NCBI GenBank assembly: GCA_030426125.1
Contig: JAUHZB010000001.1
Coordinates: 222,583-286,582 of the forward strand
Source of the DNA: a bacterium
GTDB taxonomy: Bacteria; Patescibacteriota; Saccharimonadia; Saccharimonadales; AWTP1-31
Direction of reading: 5' to 3'
Length of the DNA stretch: 64,000 bases
A model generated the notes under the pieces. The model ran no database searches and was not told the DNA's origin. It saw only the letters and a program-made list of their open reading frames with translations. The translations under genes were made by a program, and so were the position numbers. Below are positions 19,767-28,205 of the stretch, piece after piece. Positions within the stretch are counted from its first letter, which is position 1; every line of letters begins with the position of its first letter.

Positions 19767-21041
19767 ATGCAGGATAAGCAAATTCGAGATTTAATTGATG
19801 CTGAGAAAAAACGTCAAGCTGAAGGATTAGAGCTAATTCCAAGTGAAAACTACGTTAGTGGTGATGTACTTACCGCGATGGGCAGTGTTTTTACTAATAA
19901 GTACTCAGAAGGTTATCCCGGAAAACGCTACTACGGCGGACAAGAAAATACAGATATTTTAGAGAACCTAGCAATTGAAAGAGCAAAGGAGCTGTTTGGT
20001 GCTGACCATGCCAACGTCCAGCCCCATTCCGGGGCACCAGCCAATATTGCTGTTTACCAAGCCTGGTTAGAGCCAGGCGATACTGTAATGGCCATGAAGC
20101 TGGATCATGGTGGTCATTTGACTCACGGTCATCCAATTACAAGTAGCGCAAAATTATACAACTTTGTACGTTATGGCATCAAAGACGTAGAGACTGGGGA
20201 GATAGATTATGAACAGATGCGCTCAGTTGCCCTGAAAGAAAAGCCGAAGATAATCCTGGCTGGTTTTAGTGGTTATCCAAGGAGTCTAGATTACCAAAAG
20301 TTTAAAGACATTGCCGATGAATGCGGCGCCGTACTAATGGCCGATATGGCCCATATAGCCGGACTTATCGCTGGAAAGGTACTACCAAATCCGCTAGATT
20401 TTGGCTTCCATATTATGACCACTACTACCCATAAAACACTTCGAGGTCCACGTGGTGGAATGGTGCTTAGTCAAGGTAAGGTCAGCAATCCGCTTCGGTC
20501 ACTGGAAAAAACAGTCGAGAATCTACCGACATTAATTGACAGAGAGATATTCCCCGGATTCCAGGGTGGCCCACATATGCACACGATTGCTGCTAAAGCT
20601 GTTTCTTTCCGTGAAGCGTTGCAACCAGAGTTTAAGACATACGCACGACAGATACTAGATAATGCCTCCAGGCTGGCCGATGAACTGCAAAAGCAAGGCT
20701 TTAAGTTGGTAACTAATGGCACCGACAACCATATGATAATGATCGACATGCCGGCTAGCTTTAAGGACGTTAATGGCCGCCAGGCTCAAGATATATTAGA
20801 CAAGGTAGGCCTAAATGCTAACTGCAACGCTATTCCTGAAGATAAGCTTCCACCCTATAGGCCTAGCGGACTGCGTATTGGAACCCCAGCCATTACCACT
20901 AGAGGGCTAAAAGAAAAAGACATGGTGTTAGTGGCTAAGTGGATGAAGCAGGCAATCCAGGACCGCAAAGACGACGCTAAGTTAGCTAGCCTAGCAGCAG
21001 AAATTAAGCAGTTTGCATTGAAGTTTCCGCTACCTAGCTAG
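19767..21041 (+). CDS. glyA: Serine hydroxymethyltransferase
   Basis: LELIPSENYVS, YSEGYPGKRYYGG and the PLP-Lys region TTTTHKTLRGPRGG. The ATG at 19767 is preceded by GGAAGGGG. The track start at 19683 adds a non-homologous extension. Confidence 0.95.
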   Translation: MQDKQIRDLIDAEKKRQAEGLELIPSENYVSGDVLTAMGSVFTNKYSEGYPGKRYYGGQENTDILENLAIERAKELFGADHANVQPHSGAPANIAVYQAWLEPGDTVMAMKLDHGGHLTHGHPITSSAKLYNFVRYGIKDVETGEIDYEQMRSVALKEKPKIILAGFSGYPRSLDYQKFKDIADECGAVLMADMAHIAGLIAGKVLPNPLDFGFHIMTTTTHKTLRGPRGGMVLSQGKVSNPLRSLEKTVENLPTLIDREIFPGFQGGPHMHTIAAKAVSFREALQPEFKTYARQILDNASRLADELQKQGFKLVTNGTDNHMIMIDMPASFKDVNGRQAQDILDKVGLNANCNAIPEDKLPPYRPSGLRIGTPAITTRGLKEKDMVLVAKWMKQAIQDRKDDAKLASLAAEIKQFALKFPLPS

Positions 21042-22072
21042 TCGATTAGCTCTGGCTCTTGAATTAGATTAACCCCGAACTCGTTAAAAACTTTTTTCTG
21101 TATTTTATCTCTAAACTTCATTAGATCTTTAGTGCTTTTGGCTTTTTCGTTTACTAGCACTAGGGGTTGCAGATGCCAAGTTGCCATGCCGGTGTACTTG
21201 TCGTGCTTGTCTTTAAAGCCTACTTGTTCAATCAGCCAAGCCGCAGATAATTTATAGCCGTCTTTGACTTTCCAGGCTGGGATGTCTTCGGGATTATCGA
21301 AGTTCTTTCGAATACGGTAGTAGCTGGTGTTGCTAACAATCGGGTTAGCGAAGAAAGAGCCGTTGTTGGCGACCTTGTCAGGATCCGGTAATTTACTGCT
21401 TCGTATTGCTATTACTAATTCTCTAATAACCTGAGGTGTGAATTTTGTAATACCGAGTTTGTCAATGTAGCGTTGCAGAGAGTTATAAAAGGGAGGTTTA
21501 GGGTTGGCGCTATTTAAGCAGAAAGTGACACTGACTATTATAAAACGACCTTTATCTTTGTCTTTAAAGCGGCTACTGCGGTAGCCGAACTTGCAACTGT
21601 CGTTGCTTAGGTTTACGAATTGCTCAGACTGGCGATCATAGACTTCAATTGATTCAATGGTGTCGCTAACTTCCTGGCCATACGCCCCAACGTTTTGGAT
21701 TGGAGTAGCTCCAGCAGTCCCCGGGATTAAGGACAAAGCTTCAATGCCATGAAGTTCTTTTTCGGTTGATGCTTTAACGACTTTATCCCACTGTTCACCA
21801 GCCCCGACTGTTAAAAAGATTTCCTCTTGGTTGGCTTTGCGAAACTTAATACCCGGTATTTTATTTACTAGTACTAAACCATCAAAGCCTTTATCTCCCC
21901 ATATGATATTACTGCCACCACCTATAGTAATTACTTCTAAGCCTTGTTCTTTAGCCCAATCTAAATAGTTCGGAATATCCGACTTTTCGTTAATATTAGC
22001 TAGGAATTTAGCCTTACCGCCTAAGCGCATAGTGGAGTATTTAGCTAGGTCAACATTTTTCCGAATGTACAT
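21038..22072 (-). CDS. murB: UDP-N-acetylenolpyruvoylglucosamine reductase
   Basis: N-terminal YSTMRLGGKAKF and FAD-binding IGGGSNI motifs; length is typical of MurB. Confidence 0.85.
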   Translation of the reverse strand: MYIRKNVDLAKYSTMRLGGKAKFLANINEKSDIPNYLDWAKEQGLEVITIGGGSNIIWGDKGFDGLVLVNKIPGIKFRKANQEEIFLTVGAGEQWDKVVKASTEKELHGIEALSLIPGTAGATPIQNVGAYGQEVSDTIESIEVYDRQSEQFVNLSNDSCKFGYRSSRFKDKDKGRFIIVSVTFCLNSANPKPPFYNSLQRYIDKLGITKFTPQVIRELVIAIRSSKLPDPDKVANNGSFFANPIVSNTSYYRIRKNFDNPEDIPAWKVKDGYKLSAAWLIEQVGFKDKHDKYTGMATWHLQPLVLVNEKAKSTKDLMKFRDKIQKKVFNEFGVNLIQEPELID

Positions 22073-22172
22073 GGCTTTAGTATAGCGTAAGTGTCATAAA
22101 CTAGCGCATAGCTTTCATCTTGTATCGCCTAGCTTTAAGGGTTAGAATAGAGGCGTGAACAGGGAAGGTAAT

Positions 22173-22778
22173 ATGAACAAACCATTCAAAGATTTAGGCG
22201 AGAAAATTAAAGCTGTTCGAGAAGCTAAAAAGCGCAGTATTGATGAGGTTTCCGGAGCGATCGAGATTAGTGAAGCAGTATTTAAAAAGATTGAACAAGG
22301 TGAACAGCGACCAGCTGAAGATACACTTGCCACTCTTCTTAGTTATCTAGATATCCAGGATTCCGAAGCTGAAAAGTATTGGGAGTTAGCTGGTTACCAA
22401 AGTAAATCTGAGTCCATGGGGCTAGGATCAGCTGATCAATCCAGCACCTTTGAACTTAATCAGCCAATCGCCATGATGATGCCAGTAGATCTCAGGGTTG
22501 TTTATACCGATATGGTTCATGTTATGGTCAACGACTTTGGCGTAGTAATGAACTTTATGCAAACTGCTGGTAATGGGTCACAGCCACTGGCAGTGTCTAG
22601 AATTGGAATGAGCAGAGAGCATGCCAAATCAGTTATTAAGATTCTTAGTCAGTCTATTGAACAAGCAGAATCAGGTAAGAAGCCCAAACTTCTTAAATCT
22701 GAGAGGCCAAAACAGAACAAATCTAAGCAAAAACCAAGTAGCCCTGGTGAGTTAAATAGCAGTAAAGATAACAAATAG
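22173..22778 (+). CDS. XRE-family HTH protein with a DUF3467-like C-terminal region and a basic tail
   Basis: An HTH-like N-terminus (LGEKIKAVREAKKRSIDEVSGAIEISEAVFKKIEQGEQRP). The ATG at 22173 is preceded by GGAAGG. Confidence 0.65.
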   Translation: MNKPFKDLGEKIKAVREAKKRSIDEVSGAIEISEAVFKKIEQGEQRPAEDTLATLLSYLDIQDSEAEKYWELAGYQSKSESMGLGSADQSSTFELNQPIAMMMPVDLRVVYTDMVHVMVNDFGVVMNFMQTAGNGSQPLAVSRIGMSREHAKSVIKILSQSIEQAESGKKPKLLKSERPKQNKSKQKPSSPGELNSSKDNK

Positions 22779-22873
22779 ATTTTTTACTCTAGTCATCAAC
22801 TTGATGAAAAGCTAGAACAGGGGTATAATTGGCTTTGTTAATTTGTATTTTGTAACTACTAAATTAATTATTG

Positions 22874-22950
22874 GCACCCGTAGCTCAGCGGATTAGAGCA
22901 TCTGTCTTCGGAACAGAGGGTCGGGGGTTCGAATCCCTCCGGGTGTACCA
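22874..22950 (+). tRNA. tRNA-Arg (anticodon UCG), CCA encoded
   Basis: Hand-folded cloverleaf. Acceptor GCACCCG/CGGGUGU (G1-U72 wobble). D stem GCUC/GAGC. Anticodon stem UCUGU/ACAGA with loop CUUCGGA. T arm GGGGG-UUCGAAU-CCCUC. 3' ACCA. Confidence 0.9.
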
Positions 22951-22963
22951 TTAAGTTATTACT

Positions 22964-22995
22964 AAAACTCTCTGTTGATTCAGGGAGTTTTTGTT
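22964..22995 (+). terminator. Rho-independent terminator after tRNA-Arg
   Basis: Stem AAAACUCUCU / AGGGAGUUUU (one G-U pair), 8-nt loop, followed by a U-rich tract. Confidence 0.6.
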
Positions 22996-23004
22996 TCCTT
23001 ACGC

Positions 23005-23037
23005 TTGCAAGACATAGTTAATACGTTTAAATATAAT
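23005..23037 (+). promoter_or_regulatory. Promoter of 23041 gene (cGCTTGCAa -35 region, AT-rich -10 directly abutting the ATG)
   Basis: TTGCAA at 23005..23010. TAAATA lies 17 nt downstream and TATAAT is at 23032..23037. The ATG at 23041 is 3-7 nt from the -10 and there is no SD. Confidence 0.45.
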
Positions 23038-23040
23038 AAT

Positions 23041-23448
23041 ATGAGTACAGAACATATACCATCTAAACCAGAGTTAGATATTGAAGGTCATAGCGTAGTA
23101 GCGACTATGAGAATAATGTCTGAAACGCCTCAAGGGGACCCTGTAGTTCTTGAGCATGATAGTGAAGTAACTTTCAGTAGAGCAGAGTTTGATTCGCTAA
23201 ATGAAGCTAGGGCTAGGGCCGGTGCTGACCCTGTAACTGAGCAGCAATATGTTGACTCAGTGCTGGATCGTTTGGGTGAGCTAAATGACTCTGTTATGGG
23301 TGAAACTTCAAAGCCTGCGCCAGGGCCATCGTTATTCAGATCGTTGATAGATTTACTACCAGAAAAAGCTAAACCTGTCAGGGTAGTTAGACTTAGTCCA
23401 GATGATCTTGATAATACCCCATCGCAAATAGCTGCTAACCTTGATTAA
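23041..23448 (+). CDS. Hypothetical acidic protein (136 aa)
   Basis: ORF with an ATG at 23041. The track start at 22975 would run through the tRNA terminator hairpin. No recognisable motif. Confidence 0.55.
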   Translation: MSTEHIPSKPELDIEGHSVVATMRIMSETPQGDPVVLEHDSEVTFSRAEFDSLNEARARAGADPVTEQQYVDSVLDRLGELNDSVMGETSKPAPGPSLFRSLIDLLPEKAKPVRVVRLSPDDLDNTPSQIAANLD

Positions 23449-23509
23449 TTCCTAAGATTGAATACAAGAATGTGCATTATTTCTAACTATATTTTATAAT
23501 ATAGATATT

Positions 23510-23908
23510 ATGAATAGGGATAGAGATCATAATGCTGAGCATAGAGAACAACAGTGGGCTGTGGTTGAAGAAATATTTGGTTACGAACAAAGGTTTCTTC
23601 GAGCGATTGAGTTTACTTGCGTAGGTGGTTTGTTTGTTCACGAAGTCACTCCTGTTCTAGGTTGGGGCTATGAACAGGGAAGGTTGTTAAAACAATTCTC
23701 TAACCATGAGAGATCATTGATTATAGGGGTTGATGAGGTATCTGTCCCAGAAGTTGGCTCTTCAAAAACTTTGGATGAGCTGTTACATGGGGCTGGATTT
23801 GAGCCTTCTGAATTTCGACAGCTTGAAGCATCGTACGGACTAAATAGTGTCGATTTTCTGGATGACCCAAACAAGAGGATTCTTGGTCCGAATAGGCCAA
23901 AAGCTTAA
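23510..23908 (+). CDS. Hypothetical protein (132 aa)
   Basis: ORF with TATAAT 9 nt upstream of the ATG. No recognisable motif. Confidence 0.55.
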   Translation: MNRDRDHNAEHREQQWAVVEEIFGYEQRFLRAIEFTCVGGLFVHEVTPVLGWGYEQGRLLKQFSNHERSLIIGVDEVSVPEVGSSKTLDELLHGAGFEPSEFRQLEASYGLNSVDFLDDPNKRILGPNRPKA

Positions 23909-23964
23909 TGAAGTTGGCTTTGTTGACCGGGATTTACACAAAATAATGCAGGAAAGTTTCGAAT

Positions 23965-24645
23965 ATGACTGAATATGCCCCATACCCAAAATTTACTATA
24001 CCAATCCCACCAGAACTTGAGGGCCGGATTTTCGAATCATCACAGAGGGACAGAGAATTAGCTCTTCGGTTCTATGATCAAGAATTGTGGGTGGCTGAAG
24101 GCTTCGATCTGCAAACAGAGATGTATCAGTTAGACGGTCCGACAGTTGAGATTGCTGGGCCCACAAGAGAAGGATATTGGCCTCTTGATGATATTGATAT
24201 ACCCAATCCAACATTAGTGAGTAATATTAGCTTAAATAACAGGCCAATAACTTTCCCGGGAGAAGTAGATTTTTTAGCTGATGGCACTAATATGCCTCTT
24301 GCTGACAATTCGGTTTCGGTAGTTTTGGTTTCTGGGTTTCCAATGATTTCTGATGATTTGTTAAGGCAAGACCAGAGCGTTTGGCGACCAATCGAACGCA
24401 AGGCCCAGCAAGAGTATATCGACTTGCTGTGTGATGATTTAGAGCCTACCAACAATCTTAGACTAGTAGTTATTAAAGAAGCTTATAGGTTGCTTGAGTC
24501 GGGTGGCATTTTGGTGGCCCATCTAACACCAAAAGACATCGATAGTGCAGTGCATTATGGATTTAATTTAATGTTAGCTCATTCGATTTATCGGGAAGAT
24601 GGTCAGGTCAAACCTGTACCGACTTGTATATTGAAAAAGATTTAA
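23965..24645 (+). CDS. Hypothetical protein with weak class I methyltransferase-like pattern
   Basis: VEIAGPT (degenerate motif I), MPLADNSVSVVLVSG, and AYRLLESGGILVAH (post-motif typical of the Methyltransf_11 fold). The Gly-rich SAM loop is not canonical. Confidence 0.45.
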   Translation: MTEYAPYPKFTIPIPPELEGRIFESSQRDRELALRFYDQELWVAEGFDLQTEMYQLDGPTVEIAGPTREGYWPLDDIDIPNPTLVSNISLNNRPITFPGEVDFLADGTNMPLADNSVSVVLVSGFPMISDDLLRQDQSVWRPIERKAQQEYIDLLCDDLEPTNNLRLVVIKEAYRLLESGGILVAHLTPKDIDSAVHYGFNLMLAHSIYREDGQVKPVPTCILKKI

Positions 24646-24685
24646 GAACTAAACACAGGATTGAGCTTTAGGTTATAATGACAAT

Positions 24686-26308
24686 ATGTCTCGGTTAAAT
24701 CCCAAAGGGGTAATTACTTGGCTTAAAGGCTTAAATAGACGAACTATAGTTATATTTGCTATTGCTGTTGTTGGTCTGATAACTCTTCTAGGTGTGTCGG
24801 CCAACTCAGCTGGTCTTAGTATTGAGCCCGAGGATGGTACAGGCGCTAGTTCACTCAGGCAAAGTAGTTCTTCGGCCAGTAATGGTGAGTATATCCAATT
24901 TACCGAAGCTCAGCCAGGCGAGGGTTTAGATTTTCCAGCCAATAGCGTAAGTCAGCAATCTTCAGTAAGTCAGTGGGGAATAACTTGGTCTTTCGATAAA
25001 CCGTACAGTGTCGGTAAATATGCTAATGGCGATTGGTGGGTGGTTGGACCAATTACTCTCAGTGGCATATCTCCAGCACAAGGCAATGGTACAAATGGTG
25101 CTAATATTAACCCCACCAAAGGTCAGGTTGGTTATGACAAAGATATAGGAACTTTCCAAAGTCTTAGTTTTCCGCGAACCGTACAACCCGGTAGCTCTAT
25201 AGTTAAAGGTATAAGCCGTCCTGGAGGTCCATTTCTAAGCGACACTTCACACCGAGGTGAACTTCAGACGGCAGCGGTACTGACAGTAGTATCAGAGCCA
25301 CCACCAAAAAACGGTGCTATTGCTTTTAGGCCGGCCTATTTTGGATCTAATAAAAAGCAGTATTTAACAACTGATCTTAGAGTAAATTTATTACCTGATA
25401 TTGATCCACCACCTGCTCATAAGCGTGAACCAACTCAGTATGGCTATAGCTATTACGTGCGGGATTTAGAGTACACTGCTAACCGTTTCCAACGTCTTCA
25501 GTTAGATCATGCCACTGGCGACGAGCTCAATAGACGTACTCACCCAGTGGATAACATGCGAGACTACGGCGGTAGATTCGCTGTCGATATCAACGATGCG
25601 GTGATGCGGTTGATGCTAGATGATCCAATGTCAGAAAAAGCTCAGACCATTATTAACCTCGTTCAATACGGGATAGATTTAAACGAAATGTTCAAAGCAG
25701 GGGCCTACATTTGCGCAGATAGCGCCTATAACTGTGGTGGGCATGGTGGAGGTAGAGGTCTAGCCTTGTTGTTCGCAGCAACCCTATTAAACGCCAGTGA
25801 TATAAAGAATACACTAGATGTTAAGCAGGATGGGATACCTGAGAATTATACTCTGAATTACTTTAATGCACAGGTACCAGTATATGGAGATAAAGCCTGT
25901 TCGGAGTCTGAATATTGGGGCCGTTACAATAGCGGCACAGCTTCAGGTGCAAAAACTTGTCGAGATCCTTACGGATGGATTGATGGTGGTTGGTCGCCTG
26001 GAGCATCTTACCAGGGGGTAGTAACTCCTAATTGGCGGGGTACAGCTGCATTTATGTATTTGGTTCCAGAGTCACAGAATTTTTGGCCTAGCACTCAGCG
26101 GGATAAGTTACTTCAATATATGGATAGAGCAACAGATTTTGGAGCTTGGACTTTACCGGATCCAACAAACAGAAGACCAGAATACGCAGCTTATCATGGT
26201 AGGATTTTATACATTAATAGTAACGCCTATATTAGTCCATTAACAGAATCACTGTGGATAGATCAGAATTTGAGTCAGAGAATTACGACTGATTGGGCGA
26301 ATTTGTAA
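24686..26308 (+). CDS. Secreted protein (540 aa) with the shared N-terminal EPExG...ASxGxY(I/V)xF module
   Basis: Signal anchor RRTIVIFAIAVVGLITLLGVSA, then LSIEPEDGTGASSLRQSSSSASNGEYIQF. The rest is unrecognised. TATAAT lies 6 nt upstream of the ATG. Confidence 0.7.
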   Translation: MSRLNPKGVITWLKGLNRRTIVIFAIAVVGLITLLGVSANSAGLSIEPEDGTGASSLRQSSSSASNGEYIQFTEAQPGEGLDFPANSVSQQSSVSQWGITWSFDKPYSVGKYANGDWWVVGPITLSGISPAQGNGTNGANINPTKGQVGYDKDIGTFQSLSFPRTVQPGSSIVKGISRPGGPFLSDTSHRGELQTAAVLTVVSEPPPKNGAIAFRPAYFGSNKKQYLTTDLRVNLLPDIDPPPAHKREPTQYGYSYYVRDLEYTANRFQRLQLDHATGDELNRRTHPVDNMRDYGGRFAVDINDAVMRLMLDDPMSEKAQTIINLVQYGIDLNEMFKAGAYICADSAYNCGGHGGGRGLALLFAATLLNASDIKNTLDVKQDGIPENYTLNYFNAQVPVYGDKACSESEYWGRYNSGTASGAKTCRDPYGWIDGGWSPGASYQGVVTPNWRGTAAFMYLVPESQNFWPSTQRDKLLQYMDRATDFGAWTLPDPTNRRPEYAAYHGRILYINSNAYISPLTESLWIDQNLSQRITTDWANL

Positions 26309-26343
26309 CTATTACCCAATATTCTGTGCCATGCTGCTATTGC

Positions 26344-26371
26344 TTGCAATATTATTTTATTACTCTTTAAT
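26344..26371 (+). promoter_or_regulatory. Promoter of 26380 gene (tGCTTGCAa type)
   Basis: TTGCAA (26344..26349), 16 nt, TTTAAT (26366..26371), then 8 nt to the ATG. No SD. Confidence 0.45.
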
Positions 26372-26379
26372 AAGTTACT

Positions 26380-26907
26380 ATGAGTGAAGTAAAAGGGTTT
26401 GAGCCTCAACCAAGACAAACTTCGATGCTTGATGTATGCAATCAGGCTTTCGAAAATTGGTCAGCTGGTCGAGACGACTTTGATGTTAAGACATTTGAGG
26501 ACGGCTTGGGTTTGCAACAAGAGCAGGTTATATACAAGGTACCTCACGGGGATGGTAGTGATGTTTCGGTTAGGATTACACGACCCTCTGTCGATACTGC
26601 AGATTTCTTAAGACTAGCAGAGGGTACAATAGATGAAAAACCTAAAGCAGATGCTTGGGTACAAGCGCCTAGGAGCTTTTTATTTAATCTTGCTAACGGC
26701 GAGAAGTATTATGCGGATGAAGGATTTTTTAGAGTTGTAGTGCTAAGCGATGGTGCTTATTTGGATCTTTTTTCAATAGCCTTTAAGACTGTTGAAGATG
26801 CTGGAGTCGAGAGGCGAATACCGGCGACTGTTGGATCTATGTTGAGACCGTTACCACCAGAAACTGATTGGATTATCCAAGATCTCATTTCTCCAAAGGG
26901 AGAATAG
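26380..26907 (+). CDS. Hypothetical protein (175 aa)
   Basis: Clean ORF with no recognisable motif. The stop is 11 nt before the next start. Confidence 0.55.
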   Translation: MSEVKGFEPQPRQTSMLDVCNQAFENWSAGRDDFDVKTFEDGLGLQQEQVIYKVPHGDGSDVSVRITRPSVDTADFLRLAEGTIDEKPKADAWVQAPRSFLFNLANGEKYYADEGFFRVVVLSDGAYLDLFSIAFKTVEDAGVERRIPATVGSMLRPLPPETDWIIQDLISPKGE

Positions 26908-26918
26908 CTAAGAGGCCT

Positions 26919-27626
26919 ATGGAAAAGAGCATTGATAGATTTAGAGAAATACAATCGGTTTACCAGCCTGGACCGGAGGCAATAGCCGTCTTAGAAAATA
27001 CTAACTGTGTATCCTTGATCGGCCCAGCAGCCACTGGTAAGTCGACCTTGTTGGACGCGGTTGTTGAATCAGAAGCCGACTTTGGTAATGCTATCGGCTT
27101 TACAACTAGGCCACAGCGACCAAACGAAGCAGATGATGCCTATAACTTCCTCCCCCATAATGAGCAGACTCTTAGCTATTTATTAGAGCAGGTAAAACAA
27201 CAGCGACTGGTTCAGTTTGCTGTTCATCCAACCACCGGCTATATCTACGGCACTGAAGCTAAGTCCTATCAATATCCCTATTCTTTGATGGTGATGTTGT
27301 CTAGCGCCGCTGATGATTTTTCTAAACTGCCGTTTAAATCAGTCCAAGAAATATGTATTGTCTGTGAACCTGAGCAGTGGCAAAAACGGGTCGTCGGTCG
27401 GATGGATGATCAGGCCGACGTCATGAAGCGGGTTGATGAGGCAAAGCTTAGTCTAAACTGGTCATTGGCTCGTGGCGATCAGTTGATTTGGTTAGATAAC
27501 AGCAGTCCAGATATAGACCAGACGGCTAGTGATTTAGCAGAAGTTATAAGAGGCAATCTCCAGCCAGATTCTGCTAACAGGGAAGTTGGCCAGAGATTAC
27601 TAGATCACCTGGAAACTATTGGTTAG
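26919..27626 (+). CDS. Guanylate kinase-like P-loop protein
   Basis: P-loop GPAATGKST, TTRPQRPNEADDAYNFL (compare Gmk TTRxxRxGExxGxxYxF) and GYIYGT. The ATG at 26919 follows AAGAGG. It is longer and more divergent than a typical Gmk. Confidence 0.65.
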   Translation: MEKSIDRFREIQSVYQPGPEAIAVLENTNCVSLIGPAATGKSTLLDAVVESEADFGNAIGFTTRPQRPNEADDAYNFLPHNEQTLSYLLEQVKQQRLVQFAVHPTTGYIYGTEAKSYQYPYSLMVMLSSAADDFSKLPFKSVQEICIVCEPEQWQKRVVGRMDDQADVMKRVDEAKLSLNWSLARGDQLIWLDNSSPDIDQTASDLAEVIRGNLQPDSANREVGQRLLDHLETIG

Positions 27627-28044
27627 ATTTCTTAATTGATATCTTCTTTGGTTTTGGTAGTTCCTTGAATGGTACAACTACCTTTAGGATACCTTTGTCG
27701 ATATCGGCTTCTATTTTATCTTCGTCAGCTGCTTCTGGTAAGCGAATTCTTCGATAAAAGCTACTACTGCTTTCGCGAACAACATATTTCTTCTTTTTAT
27801 CTTTTTCTTCTTCATGTTTCTCAGCTCTAATTACTAAGAAACCCTTTTCAACATGAACGTCGATGTCTTTTTCGGCAAAGTGTGGCAGATGTGCCTCGAC
27901 TGTCAACTGCTTATCTTCCTCTGTATATATGTCGGTTGTTGGAACCTGCATTGACTTAATAGGTGCCAACCAGTCCTCATTGAAGAATTGATCCTGTAAT
28001 GCTTGTAGTTCTGCAAAAGGATCATATTTTGTAATGTTACGCAT
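27616..28044 (-). CDS. Hsp20/alpha-crystallin family small heat shock protein
   Basis: Alpha-crystallin core (LTVEAHLPHFAEKDIDVHVEKGFLVIRAEK...FYRRIRLP...GILKVVVP). The ATG at 28044 is preceded by GGGGG. Confidence 0.9.
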   Translation of the reverse strand: MRNITKYDPFAELQALQDQFFNEDWLAPIKSMQVPTTDIYTEEDKQLTVEAHLPHFAEKDIDVHVEKGFLVIRAEKHEEEKDKKKKYVVRESSSSFYRRIRLPEAADEDKIEADIDKGILKVVVPFKELPKPKKISIKKSNQ

Positions 28045-28125
28045 AAATAACCCCCTATTTAAGTTAAATTGTAATATTTTATTAATATTTCGGATATTTG
28101 TATATCCAAGTAAATAATACAAAAA

Positions 28126-28152
28126 CTAGCACTCTCATGTCAAGAGTGCTAA
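28126..28152. promoter_or_regulatory. CIRCE operator in the hsp20 / xfp divergent intergenic region
   Basis: CTAGCACTC-N9-GAGTGCTAA (17/18 to consensus, 9-nt spacer). It lies 82 nt upstream of the hsp20 ATG and 54 nt upstream of the xfp ATG. Confidence 0.85.
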
Positions 28153-28205
28153 TTGGCCTTATCGTCTGTTATTTAACCTCTAATTTTAGTACAATAAGCA
28201 TAACC

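Noticed and set aside
22874-27626. tRNA-Arg-associated genomic island or prophage (likewise tRNA-Lys at 41038 with the downstream accessory genes)
   Set aside because: I could find no integrase, recombinase, phage gene or direct repeat of the tRNA 3' end, and the composition looks like the rest of the window. It is therefore reported only as an accessory block, not as a mobile element.
28098-28205. Upstream TTG start for phosphoketolase (track ORF 28098) and GTG start 10006 for dnaJ
   Set aside because: Both extensions run through CIRCE operators and add non-homologous residues. Conserved N-termini begin at 28206 and 10024.
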